The notes under the pieces are model-generated. The model was not told the origin of the DNA and ran no database searches. It saw nothing but the letters and a program-made list of their open reading frames with translations. The translations under genes were made by a program, and so were the position numbers. This document shows, in pieces, positions 57,353 through 64,000 of a stretch of DNA of 64,000 bases. Every line of letters starts with the position of its first letter. The stretch's first letter is position 1. This DNA comes from Promethearchaeota archaeon (GTDB lineage: Archaea > Asgardarchaeota > Lokiarchaeia > Sigyniarchaeales > SOKP01). The stretch spans positions 32,001 through 96,000 of the forward strand of contig JBHLON010000005.1 in assembly GCA_048940445.1 (NCBI GenBank), written 5' to 3'.

Positions 57353-58192
57353 ATGACCTTTTCTATTAGTGATAAAATCAATTTTTATAATAATTTTAAA
57401 AATTTTTATCATCAAATTCTAAAAAATTTCAAATTTGATTATAATCGCGATCAGAACGCACGGGATTTCTTACAAGAAATGATGATGAAAAAAAAAGATT
57501 ATGATCTTGAAGAAATCCTTAAATCCATTAAAATTATGATTCATAGTAAAGAGAAAATACTAATCTATGGTTGTGGACCATCATTAGAAAATACAATGAA
57601 ATATATACTCAAGATTAACGGAAATAATATTTTTAATAATTCAATCAATCTCTGTGCTGATGGAGCAACCAGATTACTACGCGAAAAAAGTGTCCCTGTC
57701 GATGCTATATTTACAGACTTAGATGGAATCTCTGATGTGGATTTTCTTTATTCTAAATTTGTAATTGTACACGCCCATGGAGATAATATAGATAAAATGC
57801 AAAAATTTAAAGATGTAATCATCAATTTCAAAAATGTAGTTGGTACAACTCAAGTAGAACCGACTAAATACATTTTAAATCCGGGAGGTTTTACTGATGG
57901 GGATCGGATTTTATTTTTTTTAAAATCATTTCTAAAACCGACACATAATATTTTTTTAATCGGTATGGATTTTGATAAGATAGTTGGTAAATATAGTAAA
58001 ATTGATAAATATAATAATTTTAAAGCTTCAAGAACTAAGAGAAAGAAACTAAAATATGCAAAATTTTTGCTAGAATGGATTCAAAGCCAAATCCCATGTC
58101 CTGTTTATAATGTAAATTCAAACAAAAGTACCAAAAAGCTTAATAACTTAACTTTATTCGAATTTAAAAAATTTGTAATTTTTTCTAATTAA
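57353..58192 (+). CDS. mptE: 6-hydroxymethyl-7,8-dihydropterin pyrophosphokinase (MptE, DUF115)
   Basis: GCGPSL, ADGA, TDLDG, VHAHGDN, GTTQ, GGFTDGDR, GMDF, K.KKL. Confidence 0.9.
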   Translation: MTFSISDKINFYNNFKNFYHQILKNFKFDYNRDQNARDFLQEMMMKKKDYDLEEILKSIKIMIHSKEKILIYGCGPSLENTMKYILKINGNNIFNNSINLCADGATRLLREKSVPVDAIFTDLDGISDVDFLYSKFVIVHAHGDNIDKMQKFKDVIINFKNVVGTTQVEPTKYILNPGGFTDGDRILFFLKSFLKPTHNIFLIGMDFDKIVGKYSKIDKYNNFKASRTKRKKLKYAKFLLEWIQSQIPCPVYNVNSNKSTKKLNNLTLFEFKKFVIFSN

Positions 58193-58983
58193 GTATTTCG
58201 ATCTTTAATACCCTCAGACTTTATTTCAAATAACCCCTTTTTCTCTGGTAGTGAAAATGAATTAACTAAATGCGCAGTACCAATTGAATCTTCTCTTAAA
58301 GTTAAATATAAAAACTCAGAATAATAATGATCGAGGTATTGAATTCCAACAGGATTTTCTGAGATGATGGCATCATTGATGAAATTTGGGGAAACTTGAG
58401 CCGTACCAATAGTGATTAAGTTATAGGAGTTAATTAAGTCATTAAGATAATTTAATATTTTGAGAAAATCAGTTTTAGCTTTATAATAACTAATTTCAAA
58501 ACTCGATTGCTCTACTCGATAATAATTATTAATCGAATCAATCAAGATTACCTTATATTTATTACTTTTTAGGATTTTTTCAACATTTTGTAAATTCAAA
58601 ATAAACATAGAATTGCTTAAAATCTTAGTTACTAAAATGCTTTTCAATACATTATTTGGATTAAGATTCTGGGCTTTTGTTATTTGTACAATTCTTTCAG
58701 GACGAAATGTATTTTCGGTATCTATAAAAATACATGACCCAAATTTCTTGTAAGATTCTACACATAATTGATGACAGAGTTGAGTCTTTCCAGTACTATA
58801 TTTTCCAAATATTATATAAAATTTTTTTGAATAAAATCCTCCATTCAAGATGTTATCTAAATTACATAATCCAGATGGAAGTATGTTAGTTCCTTCTAAA
58901 TATGTTTTTTGCTTTTCTAATATTATGTTTGTACTAATATGTTGATCATTTTTATTGAGTATCTTGGAAAGGTTTAGGATCAT
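58189..58983 (-). CDS. RadA/Rad51 paralog (ATPase core only)
   Basis: LDNILNGG, GKYSTGKTQLCHQL, FIDTENTFRPERI, LIDS; lacks the N-terminal HhH domain. Confidence 0.87.
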   Translation of the reverse strand: MILNLSKILNKNDQHISTNIILEKQKTYLEGTNILPSGLCNLDNILNGGFYSKKFYIIFGKYSTGKTQLCHQLCVESYKKFGSCIFIDTENTFRPERIVQITKAQNLNPNNVLKSILVTKILSNSMFILNLQNVEKILKSNKYKVILIDSINNYYRVEQSSFEISYYKAKTDFLKILNYLNDLINSYNLITIGTAQVSPNFINDAIISENPVGIQYLDHYYSEFLYLTLREDSIGTAHLVNSFSLPEKKGLFEIKSEGIKDRNT

Positions 58984-59103
58984 CTTGTAGTTGATTTTAT
59001 AATTAAAATTTAGTTAATCATAAGAATTATTTATCTATCTGATATTAAAAATTAATCTTAAAATAATATGCAAAAATTAATTTTTAGCCAAACATAATTT
59101 ATT

Positions 59104-59742
59104 TTGTTAAAAGAAAGAATTGAAATTAAGATGGCAAAGAAAAAAAAAGAAGTTTGTCCTTATTGTGGTAATAGCTTTGCATACCTTTCGCGTCATAAGT
59201 GTAAAGTAAAGGAGCGATTGGAAGGTTCGGAGGAATCTGATCAATCAGAAATTGAAAGAAGGATCGAAAGAATAGAAGAAAGGAAAAGACATTTTACTCG
59301 AAACCTCAAAAAGGAAGAAAAGGCTATCCTTGATATAATTAATAGAAAAAACGCCTTATATTTTAAAGAACTTCTGAAATTAACCAAGAAAAATCGGAAT
59401 GAATTAGATGAGATACTAGATACATTAGCTCTGCAATCAAAGATTAAGGTAAGGAGGGAGTTAGTTGATGCCTCATGGACAAAATTCATATCAGCTGTTG
59501 AAGATATTGAAGTTAAAGTAAAAGATATTAAAATAGATGAAAGTAAAAATGATTTTATCTTCGATCTTTTCTCATACCAACCATGTTTGATTTGTCCCTT
59601 TATTGCTAGATGTAATGAAACTAGTAATGATCAATTTAATCCACACATTTGTCCTTGGCTTACTGAATGGATTTATGCATCACTAGAGGGTAAAATTTAT
59701 AAAGTAAATTTTGATGAGATTCAATCAGAAGACTTAGAATAA
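59104..59742 (+). CDS. RPC34/TFE-beta-like protein (winged helix plus Fe-S motif) with an extra N-terminal zinc finger
   Basis: C-terminal PCLICP....C.......NP..CPWLTEW; central helix-turn-helix; N-terminal CPYC..LSRHKC. Confidence 0.75.
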   Translation: MLKERIEIKMAKKKKEVCPYCGNSFAYLSRHKCKVKERLEGSEESDQSEIERRIERIEERKRHFTRNLKKEEKAILDIINRKNALYFKELLKLTKKNRNELDEILDTLALQSKIKVRRELVDASWTKFISAVEDIEVKVKDIKIDESKNDFIFDLFSYQPCLICPFIARCNETSNDQFNPHICPWLTEWIYASLEGKIYKVNFDEIQSEDLE

Positions 59743-60405
59743 CTATTTCTTCTTTAATCCGATGAGGTAGATTTCATTACTTTTTTTTTTTGAAGCTTTT
59801 GGCTTGAAGCTTTTAACTTGAAAAAAGTGATTTTTAAAATCCTTAAAAAATGCTTCAAAGTCTTTTCCTTGAAAAAGTTTAATAACGCAATTTCCTCTAA
59901 TTTTTAAAAACCTTGTTAATGAAAGTATTTCATAACATAATTGTATTTGTCTTGCCTGATCACTAAATTTATTACCAGATTTATTTATGCTAGCATCAGA
60001 AAGGATTAAATCTATCTTCTCTCCTTCAAAATATTCATCTATTTTTTCTCTTAAATCTTCATCATGAATATTCATTACTATTGTTTCGATATCTTCAATT
60101 GAAGAGAGCTTTTTAATGTCTACACCCATAATTTTGAAATGATCTCTTGAATAATAGGTATCATTATATTTCTCTAGATTTCTAATGGCGAATTCTTTTG
60201 AAACTTGTAACCAAGAACCAGGAGCACTTCCTAAATCTAAAATATAATAAGCTCTCTTAAACACATTGAATCTTTTTTGAATTTCTAATAATTTAAAAGC
60301 TGAACGCGCTCTATATCCTTTTTGTTTGGCTTCTTTATAATAAGTCTCTTTTGAGTGATTTGATTGATATCTAACCAAATTTAACACCTTTAATTTACAT
60401 TCCAC
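59743..60405 (-). CDS. rlmE: 23S rRNA 2'-O-methyltransferase RlmE/FtsJ
   Basis: GYRARSAFKL, DLGSAPGSWLQV, ILSDA, KLFQG, KP.AS...S.EIY. Confidence 0.94.
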   Translation of the reverse strand: MECKLKVLNLVRYQSNHSKETYYKEAKQKGYRARSAFKLLEIQKRFNVFKRAYYILDLGSAPGSWLQVSKEFAIRNLEKYNDTYYSRDHFKIMGVDIKKLSSIEDIETIVMNIHDEDLREKIDEYFEGEKIDLILSDASINKSGNKFSDQARQIQLCYEILSLTRFLKIRGNCVIKLFQGKDFEAFFKDFKNHFFQVKSFKPKASKKKSNEIYLIGLKKK

Positions 60406-61606
60406 GAATAAGTTCTTCTAATTTTTGTATTCCAATATTGGTTTTTATGGCTAAATAGTCAAAAAGGGTTCTTGAAGCTTGAGCTCCTAGGTTTTCAATT
60501 TTTTCAATTATCAAATTAATTTTGGGAACTTGAGATAATTTGAATTTTTCACATAGTTTATGAATATTATAATATGAAGCTGGCATATCCATTTCCTTTA
60601 ATGCAATATTCAAAATTTTATTGATTTTACTTTTATTAGTAAATTGGGTATCTAAATTTTGGATAATTAGTTTTTCGAGAAAAACCTTATTATGCAGATT
60701 TTCAATCCAAAGAGGACCCGCATATTCAAGTGCTTTATTTTTTTTGCAAATAGGACAATGATGAGGGATTATTAGAATATTTTCATGATATACTGAACGA
60801 GCCCCACAATCATTACAGTGTAAGATATAACCATAAGTTGAAAAATTTGAATAGATTTTTTTATTCCCTTTATATGTAAGAGCGAAAATTTTTAGAAAAT
60901 GACCCGAATAAAACGTTAATAGAGGTGTTATGCCAATGTTGTTTATATTGGCTATTTTAGAAATAAAATAGAGCAATATTCTTGCACCAATTTCTTTACA
61001 GTACTCGTTGTGAAGAGGTTTAGATAAATACTTTTTGATGCACGCTCGTTTTCTAACACCAAATAAAACTGCTGTATCTGTAGCAGTCACGCATAATAGA
61101 CCATTCTCTTTTTGAATTAATTTTGAAGCACAATCAATGAAGTTAGAAGGAGTCCCAAAAGGATCGATAATTAAAACATTAGGACGCCTCAACTTATCTT
61201 GACTTACTAATTTGAAGAAGAGGGAATTAGCCTCTTCGTTAGTTACCTCCACATTATCTAAAATTTTGTTAGTTATGTCTAAATTTTTTTTTATTAGCTT
61301 AACTGCAAGAGGATTTATATCATTTATATAAATTTTTTTAATGTTATTGCATTCTTTAAGTAATCTGATTGATGTTATTCCAGAGGCTGCCATAGAATCA
61401 ACGATGATTAGCGAATCAGGATGGTACAAATTTTTATAAGTAATAATTGATGAAATGGTTATGTCTCGATTTATTTCCATATCCTTATTATAAAATACAT
61501 TCATTGATTTTGATGGTATCTTCTCTTTATCAGATCGATGAATAAAAAATTCTACAGAACCTTCTTTTTGTAATAGATACTTACTATTTTTTTTATTTTG
61601 CTTCAT
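60395..61606 (-). CDS. trm1: tRNA (guanine26-N2)-dimethyltransferase
   Basis: VFYN..M..NRD, AASG..SIR, NDIN, IDPFGTP, VTATDTAVL.G, E.G.RILL, GPLW. Confidence 0.94.
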   Translation of the reverse strand: MKQNKKNSKYLLQKEGSVEFFIHRSDKEKIPSKSMNVFYNKDMEINRDITISSIITYKNLYHPDSLIIVDSMAASGITSIRLLKECNNIKKIYINDINPLAVKLIKKNLDITNKILDNVEVTNEEANSLFFKLVSQDKLRRPNVLIIDPFGTPSNFIDCASKLIQKENGLLCVTATDTAVLFGVRKRACIKKYLSKPLHNEYCKEIGARILLYFISKIANINNIGITPLLTFYSGHFLKIFALTYKGNKKIYSNFSTYGYILHCNDCGARSVYHENILIIPHHCPICKKNKALEYAGPLWIENLHNKVFLEKLIIQNLDTQFTNKSKINKILNIALKEMDMPASYYNIHKLCEKFKLSQVPKINLIIEKIENLGAQASRTLFDYLAIKTNIGIQKLEELIRGM

Positions 61607-61657
61607 ATTTTTTGTTTGAATTTTAATTATTCCACTATTAGTAGGTAATTAACTTTT

Positions 61658-62641
61658 TCAAATTGTAAGATATAAATTGACTGCCTTCTTGCTGCCGATT
61701 ATCCCACCATAACAAAGAGTATGCAATTCTTTAACATTATCTTTTTTCAAAAGGGGAATTTCTTCCAAATATTTTGTTTTATTTTTACTGTCTAAAGCCA
61801 AAAACTCTCCTACTAGTGTTTTTATTATAAAAGCTAGGGGTAACCATTCATAATAAACCCTAATTTTTGGTTTCGGCGAAGGAAAGTACGCATAAACCCC
61901 TCCATAGTTCAGAATTGCGTGGATATCTCCTACAAAACTACCACTATAACGATCTTTTAAATGATGTTGAATCAGGATTTGTTCATATTTTTTAAAAGTC
62001 TCATTCCATTGAGTTGAATCACCTCCGATACATCTAATGCCTCCTTCTTGTTGATTAGGCATAAACTTTAACTCTTGAAATACATAATGATAAAATGTCA
62101 TGCTGTAAGGTGAATTATCTAACATAAACTCTGCAACTTTATTGTTAATAGCAATTACAAGATTAGTAAAGATTCCATAGAGAACGTAAAATCCACATAT
62201 TATATTACCAGTTTCGTTATATATTCCAATAATTGTTCCTACCGTTCTATTTACAGCAACATTCGTAGAGCCATCAACTGGATCAATTGTTATTCCAAAT
62301 ATGCCCTCACCTAAAACAGGAGCTGCCTCCTCAGAAGCTATATATGAAAAACTTGCATTGCTCTCTGTTAATGCCTTTAAAATTATACTGTGTGTTAAAA
62401 CATCTTCGTGAATTTGAGTTTCATTAAAAATGTTCTTAGAATTAGCATCAGTTTCTTCAATGTTCATTCTGTGCTTTATTTCTCGAGAACTTATTCCCCT
62501 CTCAAGTAAACCTCGTATAGGAATTGTAGCGTCGGCAATAGTTTCAATGATTTCAATTAACTTCTCTTTATGAGGATATAAGGGATCAATTTCTTTTACT
62601 AACCATTTAGACAATTTAATTTTTTCAATTTTGAAGCTCAT
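61658..62641 (-). CDS. fbp: Fructose-1,6-bisphosphatase class I
   Basis: N.F.E.Q..D, ASEE, IDPVDGSTN..VN.TVGTI, RYSGSFVGDIH, KIR.YYE.LP. Confidence 0.88.
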   Translation of the reverse strand: MSFKIEKIKLSKWLVKEIDPLYPHKEKLIEIIETIADATIPIRGLLERGISSREIKHRMNIEETDANSKNIFNETQIHEDVLTHSIILKALTESNASFSYIASEEAAPVLGEGIFGITIDPVDGSTNVAVNRTVGTIIGIYNETGNIICGFYVLYGIFTNLVIAINNKVAEFMLDNSPYSMTFYHYVFQELKFMPNQQEGGIRCIGGDSTQWNETFKKYEQILIQHHLKDRYSGSFVGDIHAILNYGGVYAYFPSPKPKIRVYYEWLPLAFIIKTLVGEFLALDSKNKTKYLEEIPLLKKDNVKELHTLCYGGIIGSKKAVNLYLTI

Positions 62642-62911
62642 AACCTAAGACCGAACTTTTGATTTTCTAATATGTAAAATCTTTAATTATTATAATGAAA
62701 ATTTATAGTTAATTCTTTATATCAATAAAAGAGAGTTAAATAATATGTAGAATTATAATCAAACTATATAGTTTATTTAGAACAGATTTATTACATTTAT
62801 TCGAATTAAATTATATGATTAATGTTTCTAAAGGTGTAATCCATCATTAGATCTAGGAAAATAATTAAAATTAAGAAAGTCCTAAAACAAAATTATGTTG
62901 CATTTTTAATT

Positions 62912-63967
62912 GTGATTTTCTGGTTTCTTGGGAATTTCATATATTTTTCGATCAAAACCTCCAGTTCTTATGAGGCTTTATTGATAATTTTTTACTTTAA
63001 ACATTATTCAAGTTTGTATGGAAATTTTTATGCAAGTTTTACTGAGTTCATCATTTTTGGTTTAATCTTCTCCTTAATTACTATTGACCTTTTTAGAAAG
63101 TACAATCCTGCAGATACAAGCAGAGAATTAGCAAGATTTTGTGATAATCACGTTGTAATTATAGGATATAATCATGTAGGAAAAAGAATTGTAGATTATT
63201 TTCATGAGAATACTGATTATGATGTTGTAATTATTGAAAAAAGAGAAAATTTAGTAAAGGATTTAATCGAAAATGAATTGGCAGTTATAAATGACGATGC
63301 CTTAAAGATAGAGACCCTAAAGGATGCCAGTATAGAGAAAGCAAGAGCTGTTTATGTGATGAGTGATAATTTAGAAGTTCAATTAGTAGTGAATGCAAAT
63401 ATTAGAGAATTAAATAAGTATTGTAAACTAGTATGTAGGGTTTTTGAGGATGATATTGGAGACTTAATTGCTAAAACTTATAATGCAATAGTTATTTCTA
63501 CTTCTAAATTTGCATCTGAGATTATTTTTAAAAAGATAAGTAAACATAATTACAAAAAAATTCTTTTAATTGGTTTAGATCATATAGCTTTAAGATTAAT
63601 TGAGAAGATCAAACAACGTGGTAATATTGATTATTATATCATCGAGGAGGATGAAGAAAAAATTGAACAACTAATGATTCCAAAAGAAACTATTATAATT
63701 GGTGATCCAAAAGAAGAACTAATATTAGGTAGAGCAAACGTTCTGGAGAGAGATTGTATTATTAACACTATCTCAGATGTAACTGATATTATACTTATTA
63801 CACGAAAAATAAGAGAATTAAATTCTAAATGCAAAATATTTTCTAGATTTTTTCTTGATAGTGTTGCGGAAGTGCTTGAAAGACCCCCTTTTCGTTCGAA
63901 AGTTATTTCTAGCTCGAAGCAAACCCTAAAAATTATGACTAAAGAAGGAATATTAGATCTTTCATAA
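62912..63967 (+). CDS. Membrane protein with two TrkA-N (RCK) domains, K+ channel-like; true start probably further upstream
   Basis: N-terminal TMs, NHVVIIGYNHVG, DDAL..ETL..A.I..A, second domain ILLIGLDHIA, GDP. Confidence 0.82.
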   Translation: MIFWFLGNFIYFSIKTSSSYEALLIIFYFKHYSSLYGNFYASFTEFIIFGLIFSLITIDLFRKYNPADTSRELARFCDNHVVIIGYNHVGKRIVDYFHENTDYDVVIIEKRENLVKDLIENELAVINDDALKIETLKDASIEKARAVYVMSDNLEVQLVVNANIRELNKYCKLVCRVFEDDIGDLIAKTYNAIVISTSKFASEIIFKKISKHNYKKILLIGLDHIALRLIEKIKQRGNIDYYIIEEDEEKIEQLMIPKETIIIGDPKEELILGRANVLERDCIINTISDVTDIILITRKIRELNSKCKIFSRFFLDSVAEVLERPPFRSKVISSSKQTLKIMTKEGILDLS

Positions 63968-64000
63968 AAATCCATTTTCAGTAAGAGTTGCTGAAATTGC

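Noticed and set aside
332-63975. Many 60-150 aa antisense or alternate-frame ORFs (e.g. 332-565, 13957-14403, 14488-14916, 28937-29311, 43405-43722, 63634-63975)
   Set aside because: Shadow ORFs of well-supported genes, with no motifs of their own.
1-64000. CRISPR arrays, transposases, integrases, rRNA genes, selenoprotein genes
   Set aside because: No regularly spaced repeats, mobile-element ORFs, rRNA-like stretches or in-frame TGA at redox motifs were seen.

Overview
AT-rich archaeal housekeeping region, most likely from an Asgard archaeon (Lokiarchaeia-like). This assignment is inferred from Vps28-like, OSTC/DC2-like and roadblock proteins plus a 9/4-fold tRNA-Sec with SepSecS and EFSec. 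The window holds the uS19-uL15 ribosomal operon, the uL11-uL1-uL10-P1-secY-DUF106 cluster, eL34-cmk-eL14, partial uS2, shikimate and thiamine genes, RNA-modification enzymes and three intron-containing tRNAs: Ser-GGA (1 intron), Ile-UAU (3) and Sec (2). The main discovery is that the uL11 gene (13978-14542) is broken by two short frameshifting insertions of 38 and 29 nt. Each folds into a bulge-helix-bulge (BHB)-type motif whose predicted endonuclease cuts restore an intact 165-aa uL11, so these look like tRNA-type introns in a ribosomal-protein mRNA. Intron 1 can alternatively fold like the uL1-binding site of 23S rRNA, suggesting autoregulation by splicing. All calls are by eye from motifs and hand pairing; no database searches were run.
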